Positions 13,268-28,869 of a DNA stretch of 64,000 bases are shown here, piece after piece. Under the pieces are notes generated by a model, which was not told where the DNA came from, searched no databases, and worked only from the letters and a program-made list of their open reading frames with translations. Location of the stretch: NCBI RefSeq assembly GCF_006345805.1, contig NC_043021.1, forward strand, positions 1,736,001 through 1,800,000, in the 5' to 3' direction. Position numbers and translations under genes: made by a program. Position 1 is the stretch's first letter. Each line of letters starts with the position of its first letter. This DNA is from Octopus sinensis (lineage: Eukaryota).

Positions 13268-16200
13268 TAGACAGATAAAGAATCCAATAAACCTACCTGT
13301 TACTTTGGTTCCGATGACCAAATGCATGGGTATCTCTTCTGGCAAGTCCTTAAAGTTCGTCAACTCCCGCAGTTTCCTCTGCTGTAGTAACCGGATTTTA
13401 CAACGTCGCTGGTCAAGAGCATCACGTTCCTCTTTGAAGAAAGCTGCTGAACACCTGAGAAAAGATGACAAACATTAGCACCCAACATATATTACTTTTA
13501 TTGATACCCCAGCTGTGCACCACACCTGTGGAAGCTGACAAGTTCATCTCCACAGGTGTGAAAACTGACCATCTTTCATCATCATTTAACGTCCGTTTTC
13601 TATACTGGTATGAGTTGGACAGTTTGACTGAAAACTGGTATGTTAGGGAGCTGTACCAGGTTCCAATCTGATTTGGCATGGTCTCTACAGCTGGATGCCC
13701 TCCCTAATGCCAACCACTCCTAGAGTGTAGTGGGTGATTATTACATGCCACTGGTATGGGTGTCAGTTACAAAATACCAGCATCAGCCATGACTACAAAC
13801 TCACTTGGCTTGACAAGTTTTTTCAAGTATGGTATATAGCAAAAGGTCTTGGTCACTGTCACTGCCTTCGTGAGGCCCAAAGTTTGGAGGGTGCTTCTAA
13901 TGTGCCACTAGCCTGGGTGTCAGTTACAAAACCATCATGACTATGATCTCACTTGGTTTGACAGATTTTTTTCAAGTACGGTATATAACAAAAGGTCTCG
14001 GTCACTTATTTCTTTACTGTCCACAAGAGGCTAAACATAGAGGGGACAAACAAGAACAGACAAAGGGATTAAGTCGATTACATCGACCCCAGTGCATAAC
14101 TGGTACTTATTTAATCGACCCTGAAAGGATGAAATGCAAACTCGACCTCAGTGGAATTTGAACTCAGAACGTAGTGGTAGACGAAATACCGCTAAGCATT
14201 TCGCCCGGTGTGCTAGCATTTCTACCAGCTCACTGGGTTCTCATTCCTAAGGTATTTCACTTGTTCCTGCCTCCATGAGACCCAAAGTTGGGGGGGGGGC
14301 TTCTCACATGCCACTGACACAGTTGCACGACAGTGGCATCAGCCATGACTTACCTTTTCACTTGGCTTAATAGGTTTTCTCAAACAGTGTTCATGGGGAG
14401 CTTTTTATGTGCCACTGGTACAGGTGCCAGTTACGTGACACAGGCATCGGCCACGACTACGATTTCACTCTCAGACTGATAGGTCTGGCAAAACTAACCA
14501 GCTGATCTCCCACAGGTCTGGACGCAAGATAATCTCCAGCACGAGGCTACAGTGGAAGATATTTGCCCAAAGGTGCCATGCATCAGGACTGAACCTGGAA
14601 CCATGTGGTTGAGAAGCAAGCTTCTTACCAAACATCAACACAAATGCAGAAACTGGGAAGCGGCTCCGGAGACTCTTCAGTTAAAGGCAGACACAGCCAT
14701 TTGCTGGAATTCTATAAGTACTGCTAAATGAATAATGTGGCAAAAGGTGAGCATCAAAATTAAAGACAATTAGCAAACACAACTTCTTCCCCTCCATCCA
14801 CTCACCTGCGAGGTTTACCCATGAGGCGTCGAATCTTGCACCATTCTACCCTCCGTAAAAGCTTGGTTTTAAGCTGTGGGAAAGACTCCCTCAAACAACT
14901 GCAAAACTCATTTTCTCCTTGAAATAAAGGCCTGAAAAATTGAAAAATAACAATAAGCAACAAATGATGTGTAATGGTAGGCAGAAGGGCCACACTGGCT
15001 TAAACACACCAGGGATCTTTCCATTCCAACCAAACAACCTGTCTTCACTGCCACACCATGCGTTCTCTTACAAACAGCCTCATTATTACACTGCAACTCC
15101 AATCAATGCCCTCTTCAACATCCTACACACACACACTGTTATTACTACACTATATCTCCACAAAATGTCCTCACAAGACATCCTACACCACCACCACCAC
15201 ACTAGAATCCCTCCACACACGTCCTCATCAACATACATTCGGTCAAGTCACTCTTGACTGACTGCTACTTGACTAACAAGTAAACCAGTAGAAACTGCCA
15301 CATGCTTGGGTCATTACAGACTACACCAGTAACCCCACCAAGGCTTGCTTGGTGAGGAGGGAGATTTATTGGACATCCTACAGGACAAACAACAAAACTT
15401 GTCAACGGGGCAGAAAAACTCAAGAGAGTCAGCGGCCATCTAAGGATGTGTGAGGGTGCATGGCCTAAATCCTACACACCCTGTTACTACTAAACTATAT
15501 CTCCACACAATGTCCTCACAAATCACCATCACAACAACACATCATCAATATACATTCAGTCAAGTCACTCTTGAACCGACTGCTAACAAGTAAACCAGTA
15601 CAAACTGCCACATGGTTGGGTCATCAGCATTCATTCATTCATTCATTGTTCGACCGTGGTCAAGACAATGGAATTTACCATGCTACGCCAGACTTCACGG
15701 GCCATCATAGCATTATGGAGGTCCTGTCGCTGGATGCCTGTATCCCTGGAGATTACATCAGGGTAGGAGAGTGTGCGCCCTCTGGTATCGCGAGCAGATG
15801 GCTTCCAGAGGAGAAGAGTAGAAATTACCTCGTTTTCAGCTCTACAACAATGTCCAGCAAACTGGACTCTTCTACCTTTCACAAGAGATGACACAGGTGG
15901 TAGTTTCCCATATATTTGTACTTTGGTTAGATGATGCTTCCACGAGAGATTTTGAGCTCTCATAAGGAGGCGAGTGTAAGTTCCATCCAACCGCCTCTCA
16001 AGCTTCTTTGATAACGTCCAGGTTTCAGGCTTGCTTGGTGGGGTAGGGGGATTTAGTGGACATCCAGTAGGACAAACAACAAAACCTATCAAAAGGCAGA
16101 GGAACTCAAGAGAGTGGTTGACATTAGGAAAGGCATCCAGTCACAGAAACCATGCCAGAGATGACGTAGGAGCTCAATGCAGCCCTGCAGCTAGCTGGTG

Positions 16201-17156
16201 CCCTGTAAAACCGTCCAACCATGACAGCATGGAAAGCAAATGTTAAATGATGAGGATGAAAAACAATTCAATTTAGTCGAAAATTATTTGAATTTAATCT
16301 TAAACTTTCAACTTACATATCTAAATTTGAGTAGAACCATTCGTAACAGACCCATCGGTGAGCTTTAGGTAACTTGAGCAGGTTGCGGAGAGGGATGCCA
16401 ATTGCATATGCTTTCTTTTTGTCAGGCGAGCTGGAAAGTCTATTGTACTGTGATGGGGGAAAAGAGACAAACTGTACATTAGCTAAATACCAATGATGAC
16501 GACAATACACACCACATGCTGTATTTACCTGTGTACAAGTCACACCCTTAATTTAGTGTTAACTCTTGGGATGAAGTTCTTCTCTTTGTGACTTTAGCTT
16601 TGCTCTGAGTATAAGTTGCTCTCGAGTACAAAATTTATAAGTAGCACTCAAGTTTTTTTCTAGTACAAAATTGTGCAACTGATACACACGAAAATACAAT
16701 GTATGTGTGTGTATATAGAGAAATAGACAGACAGACAGACAGAATAAACAGACAGATAGATAGATAGACAGACATATAATATATAGTGATACTTCACAGT
16801 ACAAGTTTAATTCGTTCCATGACCAAGTTGTCTTATGATTTACGCGCTTTACAAATTAATTAAAATATAATTAATCTGTTCCAGCCCCAACAAATCCACT
16901 CAAAAATAATTTAGGGGTTTTCAAACAGAAAAGGTGTAATTACAAGTAAAATGACAATTATAAAAAAAAGGGAATGCAAAAGAAACAGGTAAACTGGTTT
17001 CATTAACTGAATTACCTTAAAGCTGAGATGATTTGAGTGCTTGTACTGCAGATTCCCGCTCATACTTCAAGACAAGAATTTGCACAAGTCTCTGCTCGTA
17101 CAGTAAATTACTTGTACAATGGGGCACTCGTACTGCGAGGTTCTACTGTGTATGTA

Positions 17157-17212
<56 letters not shown>

Positions 17213-18246
17213 CCAGAAATTAAACAGAAATACTGATTTCAAATTTTTGGCACAAGGCCAGCTATTTTGGGGGAGGGGAGGAGTTGGTTACATCGACCCC
17301 CTAGTGTTCAATTGGTACTTATTTTATCAACCCCGAAAGGATGAAACGCAAAGCCGACTTCATAGAAATTTGAACCGAGAACATCAAGACGGATGAAAAG
17401 CCAGTGGGCATTTTTCTGTCAGTTCACCACTTTACAAAGAAGCCAAAATATTAGAATATTGTATATGAGCCCCTAATGGCACTCCTCACTTCAGCTTGGA
17501 AAGTAATTTAAGGAAAGATGTACATTTGTCAAAAGCAATGCAACAATAACAGAAAGATGCCTTGGTCCATAATGCTAGCATTGAAAAATGGATGTTAACC
17601 CCTTGACAACAGTTGACGCAAATATGCGATCACACTTTTGCTTGCCTACCCGCGGTTATCATAAATATATGATGTAGAGCTGCCCTACATCTATCACGGA
17701 CTTTTTAGCGGCTGACGTATGTTTACATTCGCTATCGTGTTCTTTATCTCTTGAGGTGCATGCGCTCGCCGTCCCGTGCATTATCTTAGCTATTTTAGGT
17801 TACGTTCAAGTCATGAGACTAGCAGTAGACCAATGACATGCGGATACTTTACATGCATAATACCGTGTTTTGAGTTGTACCACACACAAGCTATATTCTG
17901 AACTTGAGCAGAATAACTCATGCATATCATTTGATAAATAGCTTCACAGAGTTTGTTTTCATAAACCGGTAGACGTTAAATGTACAACGTTATGTTATTG
18001 TAACGGTGAACATAAATAGACACGAGCTTGTTGGCACTTGTGTGCTTCTGTGGCCTCATTAGATAAAAAAAAGTGGAGCAGGAGTGGCTGTGTGGTAAGT
18101 AGCTTGTTTACCAACCACATGGTTCCGGGTTCAGTCCCACTGCGTGGCACCTTGGGCAAGTGTCTTCTACTATAGCCTCGGGCCGACCAATGCCTTGTGA
18201 GTGGATTTGGTAGACGGAAACTGAAAAGAAGCCCGTCGTATATATG

Positions 18247-18277
<31 letters not shown>

Positions 18278-21200
18278 TTGTCCCCCTAGCATTGCTTGAC
18301 AACCGATGGTGGTGTGTTTATGCCCCCGTTACTTAGCGGTTCAGCAAAAGAGACCGATAGAATAAGTACTGGCCTTACAAAACAATAAGTCTCGGGGTCG
18401 AGTTGCTCGATTAAAGGCGGTGCTCCAGCATGGCCGCAGTCAAATGACTGAAACAAGTTAAAGAGAGAGTAAAAGAGTGTGTCTCGAATGCTTTAGGTAA
18501 TACCGGCATCAAGAGGTTAAAAAAAAAGAAACCTTCCCCAGATTCACTCAACTGTGCCACTGGGAAAGTAGCCTAACTCCCCTTGCTTCAGTATGCTAAC
18601 CAGCAAACAGGTTTCACTTTATTCAGACTGAGTTAACCCTTTACCATTCAGATTATTCTGTCAAAAGCAATGCTTGTATTATTCACATTGTTTTGGTTTA
18701 ATCATGGCTTATCTCATAGCTTCGAGATTTCAATGATGTGATTGATTGTTTTTAGAATGACATTTTAGGGTAGGTGTAAGAGGTCAGATCTGGCTGGTTT
18801 GAACATAAAACGGGTGGAATATTTGGACCGGATATGGTCGGTTTTAAATGCCAAAGGGTTAAGCAGAAGGAAAAGACTGCAGGTATACAGTTAATAGCTA
18901 CAAGGAAATGAATCCTCATCATCATCGTTATCACTGTCATCATCATCATCAGCAAGCAGGCACTGGTCTGGCAGCATCACACAAAGAGACTTGCACCATT
19001 CTTCTGGCTTTTTCACTTCCAAGTTCAAAAGTCAACATTTGTCTTTCATCTTTCTGGGGTCAATAAAATATATCAGAAAACTACCAAAGCCAATACAATT
19101 GACTGTTCATCTTCTCTTCCCAACCAGTTTCTTTTCCTTGGGCTTATGTAAATCATCATCATCATCATCATTATTATTATTATCATTATTATTATTGAGT
19201 GAGAGAGCCGTTCATGCCATCAAAGTGACACTGGGATAAAATATACGAAGCCCAGTATACCCATCATGACTACCCGTCTGATAAGGGTACACCAGGCACA
19301 TGCATCACAACAATGTGTGCACGACATGGTGATCTCATATCAAGATAAACGGCACATGCCCTTGCAGGTGGGGCCCAGTTAGAATTTTCTTCGAGTCAAG
19401 TAGCCCAGCCTGCTCAAAAATTCCCTGAAGAAGGGTTGTTTAAGGATGTTGAATGAAACATCCATGTTTCCAAAGGTGAATTATCCAAACCCCTCGGCGG
19501 AATTTGAACTCTGAACGCAGTGACAGGTAAAATACTGCTAAGCATTTTGTCTGGTTCGCTAACGATTCTGTCGGCTCTCCACCAAAATTTGAATCCATTA
19601 TTATTATTAGTATTATTATTATTAGTATCAAGGTGGTGAACTGGTAGAACCATTAGCATGCCGGGCGAAATGCTTAGTGGTATTTTGACTGCTGCTATGT
19701 TCTGAGTTCAAATTCCACCGAGGTTGAGTTTGCCTTTCATTCCTTTCGGGGTCGATAAATTAAGTACCAGTTATGCACTGGGGTCGATGTAATTGATTTA
19801 ATCCCTTCCCTCAAGCTGGCCTTGTGGCAAACATTTAAAATTATTATTATTATTATTATTAAAGCAGCAAGCTAGCAGAACCATTGGTTCACCGGGCGAA
19901 ATGGTGAGCAGCATTTTGTTCACCTTTACATTCTGGGGTCAAATTCTGCCGAAGTCAACTGTACCTTTCATCTATTCAGGGTTGATAAAATAAGTACCAG
20001 TGAAACACTGGGGTCAATGTAATCGACTAGTCCCCTCCCCCAATTTTCAGGCCTTGTGCCTTTAGTAGAAAGGATTATTATTATTATTATTGAGGAGGTC
20101 AGCTGGTAGAATCGTTAGAGTACTGCAAAAGATGTCTTGCGTCACATTCCTGCCAAGGTTGACTTAGCCTTTCGTTCTTTCAGGGAGTTGATAAAATAAA
20201 ATACCAGTCACGTACTGAGAGTGTGTGCATATGTGTGTGTGTGGGGGGAGGGTGTAATCAAATTACCCCCTCCCGCCTGCTCTTTCTTCATAATACTGAC
20301 CTTTTGCCTGAATGAGAAAATGATGATGATTATGATGATGATGTTGATGATTATGATGACCAGTGATGACAACAATAATGATCACGACAAACAGGGGAGG
20401 GAGGAGGAAGAGGAGGTGGTGGTGGTGATGGTAAATTGTTATGAAAGTTGTTATGGTGTGGAGCTCCAGGCCCCCATAATCATAATGCAGCTCATATGAC
20501 AGAAAGATGTTAAAACAAGATATGAGGGAGATTTGGCTGCTATTCCTAGCAGGTAAAGCAACCACATGGAAGGTCTCTCTTCATCCCTCTATAGATGTTC
20601 AGGTTGCTTCAGAGCATTTTTTAAAATATTTTTCCTAATCTTTCTTTGCGCTGCACTCAGCTCTGTTGTAGGAGTGGAACTGGCTTTGTCAGTCAGACAG
20701 ACTGAGTCAAACAGAGTTATATGCCCTTGATCACAACATCCTCGACATCATTGTTGTACATCCATTTTTCCCATGCAGGAATGGGTTTGATGTTATGTAT
20801 TGAGGTAATAATCCACAGCTGGATACTCTACCTGTCACCAACCCTTCTATCCTTGTTTTTCAAAGGTAAGTGCAGGTGTGGTAAGAAGTTTGTTTCCCAA
20901 ACATATGGCTCTGTGTTCAATCCCACTGCGTGGTACCTTAGGCAAGTGTCTTCTACTATTGCTCCAAGCTAACCAAAGCCTTGTGAGTAGATCTGGTAGA
21001 TGGAAACTGTAGGAAACCTGTCAGGTGAGTGTGTATACATATATGTGTGCGGCCAATGGCAGTGCCACCTGACTGGCACCTTTGCTGGTGGCACGTAAAA
21101 GGCACCATTCAAGCGTGGCCGATGCCAGTGCTGCCTGACTAGCATATAAAAAGCACCATTCGAGCGTGGTTAATGCCAGTGCCACCTGACTGGCTCCCAT

Positions 21201-24200
21201 ACTGGTAGCACATAAAAACACCCACTACACTCTCAGAGTGGTTGGCATTAGGAAGGGCATCCAGCTGTAGAAACCTTACCAGATCAGGCTGGAGCCTGGT
21301 GCAGCCTCCTGGTTTGCCAGTCCTCAGTCAAACCGTCCAACCCATGCAAGCATGGAAAGCAGACGTTAAACGATGATGATGGCTGATGACACATACACAC
21401 ACACATCAGCATCAACATTTACTGCCTATTTTCCATGTGTATTCGTGTGTGTGTTATTGGCTCCTTGCCTTGACACCATGTGACAGCTGTAAGCGAGTGC
21501 CACCATCATACAGGGTCCTTCATTCCTGATCTTTCATGAAAAAACACGTCTGATCATGGGAACATATTCACCTTGCTCGGAAAGAGTGAAGGTTGATGAC
21601 AGGAAGGGTGCCCGGCTGAGGAAAACCAGCCTTGACAAAATTCCATCTGATCCATTTTGAGCGCAGGAAGGTTGCATGTTAAAACGATGCTGATGTAACC
21701 AATGGCAACAGTATATTTATTCCACCAGTTTTCACAAGTCAAAACTGCTGAGCTACAACAGTATGGATGGACTGCTTACAAAGAACATCAAGATAACATT
21801 ACCTATTTCTTTACTACCCACAAGGGGCTAAACACAAAGAGGACAAACAAGGACAGACAGACGGATTAAGTCGATTACATCGACCCCAGTGCATAGCTGG
21901 TATTTATTTAATCAACACCGAAAGGATGAAAGGCAAAGTCGACCTTGGTGGAATTTGAACTCAGAATGTAGCGGCAGACGAAATACAGCTAAGCATTTCG
22001 CCCAGCGCGCTAACGTTTTTGCCAGCTTGCCGCCTTGATAACATTACCGTCATTTAAATGGTATCCTGTGATGATGATGATGAGGAAGGAAGGAAGGAAG
22101 GGGAATATTGTGTGAATGGAGGGGAAGGAAGAGAACTAACAAAGTGGGGAGAAAGGAAAGTAATGTGCTTGGGTGGAGGGAAAAGTAGCGAGGAAGAAGA
22201 GGAGGATGAGGGAGAAAAACTGTACCTTGATGGAGGAGGGTAACTGGGTTTTGAACTCATGACCACACTATATTGCAATAAAAAAAATATGAAAAGAAAT
22301 TTGGGAAAAAAAAATCTGCTAAACAATGCATATGACATGATTACACACAAGACAATGAGTAAGCCCCTTATGTGGTCAACTTGCCCTGCAAGAAATAGAA
22401 GTCAAATCCTCTGCAAATTACACTCAACTGTCTTCAAAAAAAAACAGAGACAGACTAGATAATGTGATCCTAGGTATACTGTGCCCTAGGTTAGGTGAAA
22501 AGGATGGAATGTCTGTGATTGTAGGAGGTCCCTGACTTACTCCTCTCAAGGCTGACCAAGGGGCTAAGACAACAACGAACAATGCAGGCAGGTACGTGAT
22601 TACAAAAGGACTACATTTACCGATGTCGACAAATTGGATGTGGGTGTTTTCGCTTGTTTCTTCGGAGTTTTGATACAATAACCAGATTCTTCTTCTTCAT
22701 TGTAAAACCGAGAGTTTTTCTTCCGGATTCTCTGAGGCTACAAAATAATTTACAAACAACATTTTCATGGCTTCTGTGTTTGTTTTTTATTATTTTTTTT
22801 TTAATTTTTGTTTTTTTTAAAATTCTACCCTTTAACCATTTCTTCAACAATATATTTCTTTAAAAAAAAAAAAATTCTCTTTTGTTTATTCATTTCAGTT
22901 ATTGGACCGTGACCAGAATGGGGCATCACAGTCACCAAGGGTTTATGTTTTTCTTGGGAGCGTTTCTTTGATCTGTTTTTTTTTTATCTTTTATGTTCCT
23001 TATACCAAGCCTGGTACCTTCTCTGGTATATATTTTATCTATTCTGATAAGAAATGAAAGGCAAGTCATCATTGGCCTAACAGGAAGTGACTTGGTCAGA
23101 ACTCAATACACTGAAGCCCCAAATTCCTTCATTACTGCCCCTATGCGCACACACAAAGGGTGCCAGTATAATAAGGACCACATTTAAAACCAGAAATAAA
23201 AGAAAAGCAAATATTTAAGAACAAAAGAGAAACGGTAAACCACAAACAGAAAATACTGGAAACATTTCATCTTTTTTTTTTGTTTTAAGGATTTCTTAAT
23301 AACACAAATTTTTTGCCGTATTTCATTTTGCTTTTCAATTAATTTTAGCTGGAAATGTGGTAATTACTTTAAATATATCCAATATGTGTGTGTGTATAAT
23401 TATGTGTGTGTGTGTATGTATGTATGTATATGTGCATATATATGTGTGTGTGTGTGTGCATATATATGTATAGGTGTGTGAGATCAAACCCCAGAGCTGG
23501 TGTCAAAAAGGATTAAAGAATTACACAGACAATTTAGAAACAGAAATAGTTAGAGTAGATTCTGGTATCAGCCAGATTGGTAGTTCGCATTGTGCCTCTG
23601 GCACTGTTATTGTCTGTGGTCCAAGACACTGAGATACCAAACTGTTCCCTTCGTTAGTTCTTAGATTCTTTCAACTATTTAACTTCACACAAACTTCTAA
23701 ACCACCCATCCTTCCTTCTGTTACGACTCCTCAGTGGCGCTTGGTGGTTGTTGTATTGAGCACGGTGCCACACCCGATTCCAAGCAGGGATACAACAAAA
23801 GTTTCCAATTAAGATTTCTGATTAAATTAATAAATAAGGCTAATATTTATAATGAATCCGACATTTTCGATGGGTGTGCAGCACGCACACACGGCACACC
23901 TGGAATATACGCCCCAGCTATTACTACCGTCTTCACACTTCGGATTCGGCACTAAACATATCCTTCAAATCCTTTCTCCCTAAAAACAACATCCTTCTGG
24001 AATCTTCCCAACCAACATTTTCCGGCAAATGTTGCCCACTGTTTAAGTTTAGCCCATTAAGCATTTAAACCAGACACATCCGGCCAAAATATTCCACCCA
24101 TTCTATGTTCAAACTTGCCAGATCCAGCTTCTCACACCTACTCTACAATGTCATTCTCAAACTAAACATTCACATCATCCAAATCTCAAAGCTACGAGGT

Positions 24201-27200
24201 TAATGCCTGGTTAATTAAAAACAATCAGATTAATTAAGCATTACATTTGATGAAGTAATCTGAATGCTAAAGGGTTAAATTAAACATCACTCACGTATTT
24301 GTCCACACTCCACTCATTACTCAACTCAAACGCTATGCACTCAGGATTTCTTTACTCATTTGTAAAATATTCTTGGATCATTTTAAGTGCATGTGTGTGT
24401 GTATATATATATATTCTTTTATTTGTTTGTCATTTTGACTGCGGCCATGCTGGAGCAGTACCTTTAGTCAAACAAATCGACCCCAGGACTTATTCTTTGT
24501 AAGCCTCGTACTTATCCTATCGGTCACTTTTGCTGAACCGCTAAGTTACAGACACGTAAACACACCAATATCGGTTGTCAAGTAATGGTGGGGGGACAAA
24601 CACAGACACATATATATATATATACTCGATAGGCTTCTTTCAGTTTCCATCTACCAAATCCACTCCCAAGGCTTTGGTCAGCCTGAGGCTATATTAGACG
24701 ACACTTGCCCAAGGTGCTACACAGTGGGACAGAACCCAGAACTATATGGTTGGACAGCAAGCTTCTTACCACATGCAGCCCCCTAAAATACTCCAGGTTT
24801 TAAATCTGGCCCAGATATTAGAAAGGTTGCAAAACCCTGCTCTAAACACTGGGACCATTTTGTCTCAAAACAATTGTTTTATCTCTCTTAATCTTAGTTT
24901 ACCTCCCTAATCTATCTAATTATCCCCTTAGTCTGGTTACAAAGAAAGAGCTGACCAGGATCTACTCAACAACAATAGCAACAATCAAAGTATCAACCTA
25001 ACAAAAACCATTAACAAGTAATTAACAATAGAAATTAAAACAAAATTAACTTTTAAAATCACTCACATTTCCTCGTCGAGGGGGCGTCCTGTAGCAACCT
25101 TTGCCTGGAAAATTGGAGATGAAATGAGAAGAAGAAGGAAAGGACTTCATAAACAATACAAGCAAAACAAATGTTTTACATTCTGCAGGGATCCAGTAAT
25201 TAAGGACATCATCATCATCATCATCATTATTATTATTATTATTATTGAGTGAGAGAGCAGTTCATGCCATCAAAGTGACACTGGGGTAAAATATACGAAG
25301 CCCAGTATACCCATCGTGACTACCCGTCTGATAAGGGTACACCAGGCACATGCATCACAACCATATGTGTGTGCGACATGGTGATCTCATATCAAGATAA
25401 ACAGCACATGACCTTGCAGCTGGGGCCCAGTTAGAATTTTCTGCTGGTCGAGTAACCCATCCCGCTCAAAAGGTCCCCGAATAAGGGTTGTTTAAGGATG
25501 TTGAACGAAACACCCATGTTTCCAGAGGTGAAATATTCAAACCCCTATTATTATTATTATTATTGAGTGAGAGAGCAGTGCATGCCATCAAAGTGACACT
25601 GGGGTAAAATATATGAAGCCCAGTATACCCATCGTGACTACCCGTCTGATAAGGGTACACCAGGCACATGCATCACAAACATATGTGTGTGCGACATGGT
25701 GATCTCATATCAAGATAAATAGCACATGACCTTGCAGGTTGGGCCCAGTTAGAATTTTCTTCTGGTCGAGTAACCCATCCCGCTCAAAAGGTCCCTGAAT
25801 AAGGGTTGTTTAAGGATGTTGAACGAAACACCCAAGTTTCCAGAGGTGAGATATTCAAACCCCTATTATTATTATTATTAGGTTGTTCTGAAAATAATGG
25901 CCAATTTCAGAATCATAACTTTATTCTGGAAAAATTAACAACAGAAATGTTTTGATTAGTCAAAGTATGCATCTCTGCCACCAATCAACGAGATTATTTA
26001 TGCCTAGAATCTGACAAAAACTTATTGGCTCTGGTGCTAAGAAATCTTTGAATGCTGGTTCCACCTCTGGTTTGGACCTGGAAGTTTTATCCACTTAAAA
26101 ACGTGTTTAAATGCTTTAAAAAAATGGTAGTCATTGGCTGAAAGATCAGGAGAACACGGAGGATGTGGTAAAGTCTCGTATCCCAAGTCTGTGAGTTTCT
26201 GCAGCGTCATTCTTGCAACATGTGGTTTTGCATTATCGTGGAGCAGGATTGGGTCACGCCGATTCCGTGTGTTGCATTTCATCCTTTGATACTGTCCTCC
26301 AGATCTTGGGCCCTTATGGTCAATAAAAGAAATCATTGTTGCTGCTGCTACTACTACTACTACTATTACTATTGTTATTATTATTATCAAGGAGTGAGCT
26401 GGCAGAATCATTTGCATGCTGGACAAAATGCTAAGTGGCATTTCAACCAGCTTTGCATTCTGAGTTCAAATTCTGCCGAGGTCAGCTTCCCCTTTCATCG
26501 TTTTTGGGTCAGTGAAACAAGTACCAGTTGAGCTCTGGGGAGGGTCAATATGATTGACTTGCCCTTCTCCCACAAAATTTCAGTCCTGGAGTCGATTTGC
26601 TTGACTAAAGGCGGTGCTCCAGCATGGCCACAGTCAAATGACTGAAACAAGTAAAAGGGTATTCTACTCTAGGCACAAGGCCTGAAATTTTGGGGGAAGG
26701 CGATAGTCAATTACATTGACCTCCCAGTACGTAACTGGTACTTATTTTATTAACCTCCGAAAGGATGAAAGGCAAAGCTGACTTTGGAGACATCCTAATG
26801 ATAATAACATTTTCTACTATAGGTACAAGGTCTGAAATTTGAGGGGAAGGGGACTAGTTGATTACATCGACCCCAGTATTTCACTGGTACTTAATTTATT
26901 GACCCCAAAAGGATGAAAGGTAAAGTCGACCTTGGCGGAATTTGAACTCAGAACATGAAGACAGATGGAAATGTTGCTAAGCATTTGGCCTGGTTTTGTA
27001 ACAATCCTACCAGCTCTCCACCCTGATGATAATGATTTCTTTTATTTGCCACAGGGGTATCAGAATGAGCAGGACATTACAGAGACAGTTTACAATTAAA
27101 AAAGGGAGGGAGGAATTTAAATTAACGAAATGTGTTTAATATTTACCCTCTTTTAGGCTAACTAAAGCCTTCGCCGAGGAACCTGGGAAAAGAAAAAAGA

Positions 27201-28834
27201 GGGAGAAAATAATAAAATTAGAATTGAAGAAACAGCAACAAAATACACAAGAGAAGTTTGCTCACAACACCTTAGCGTGGTCACCGGTTTGTTTGTTTTT
27301 TCTATAAAAGTAATTTTGTTTTGTATAATATGCATGGAACATTGTGTGATATGAATAAATGTTTTTAAAGCCCAAGATGCAGTGGGGTGGGACTGAACTC
27401 AAGACCACACGGTTGAGAAACAAGCTTCTTAACCACAACAGCCATGCCTGCACCTATGACTATCTTGAGAAAAATTCAAATCTAGTTGAGGATTGAACCC
27501 ACAACAGCCAGACGTCAAAGTAGATAGAGAGACCCCCCTTCAGTGATGAATGACCATGGGATTGAACCTAGAACGTTACCCTCTGAGGTACAAGTCCGGG
27601 CAAGGTTGTTTATGGAAGACCAGCAGTAAGCCATGCATACCTGACCCCCCCCCTTTTTCCATGCCATCAAAGTTATCCATGAGAAAGGTAAAGGCCGACA
27701 CACCTTCCCACCAGTGATTTTGCAACTCATTTCTACAGCTGAATGAATTGGAGCAACATGAAATAAAGTGTCTTGCTCAAGAACACAACAAACAACATGG
27801 CCTGGAAATTGAACTCATTACCTCAGGATTGTGAGCCTGACACCCTTACCACTGAGCCATGCACTTTCACCTTTTTTTTTTTTTTTTTTTTACAAAGTAT
27901 ATACAGTTGTTGAAAGTAAAAAGACATCAATCAATGAATTAACTGCTCCACCCCCACCCCCACCCATCCCCACTCCCAAACAACCAGTCACCTTCGTATC
28001 AATATCACCTGTGCCCTAAATAATAGGGACAGGGAGTCCCCCACTATATAATTGCATTTATATTAAAAACAGCTGGGGGGGGAGGGAGCTTGTAAAGTTA
28101 AAGCTGTGAAAGGAACAGCTGTTAAGCTATTGCAACTGTACAGTAGAGATAGGAAGGAGTCAGCCAGTCAATTACTGTAGTGTACAGTGTGTAATAAGTA
28201 GGTCAGTGCATGACCACAGGAAATATTCAGTGAACAGGGGGGGGAGGGGTTACAAATTAATACAGATCTTATATCGGGTTAAGCTAAACATATATAATAA
28301 ACGATACATATATATAAATATGATACATACATACACACACATATATATATACGAATAATACATACATACATACTCTTTACTCTTTTACTTGTTTCAGTCA
28401 TTTGACTGCTGCCATGCTGGAGCACCGCCTTTAGTCGAGCAACTCGACCCCGGGACTTATTCCTTTTGTAAGCCCAGTACTTATTCTATCGGTCTCTTTT
28501 TGCCGAACCGCTAAGTTACGGGGACGTAAACACATCAGCAACGGTTGTCTAGCAATGCTAGGGGAACAAACACAAACACACACATATATATATACATATA
28601 TACGACAGGCTTCTTTCAGTTTCCGTCTACCAAATCCACTCACAAGGCATTGGTCGGCCCGGGGCTATAGCAGAAGACACTTGCCCAAGATGCCACACAG
28701 TGGGACTGAACCCGGAACTATGTGGTTGGTTAGCAAGCTACTTACCACACAGCCACTCCTACGCCTACATACATACAAATATGATACATATATGTGTGTA
28801 TATATATACACATACATGTGTGCATATATATGTG

Positions 28835-28869
<35 letters not shown>

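Noticed and set aside
16530-16700. Candidate exon ending ACACAG|GTAAAT upstream of exon 5
   Set aside because: The frames I checked hit stops before the donor; no LIN9 similarity.
27992-28015. 24-nt AG...GT microexon candidate in LIN9 intron 1
   Set aside because: Weak donor (GTGACT) and a TGA in the required phase 1. It could only be a poison exon, and I have no evidence of use.
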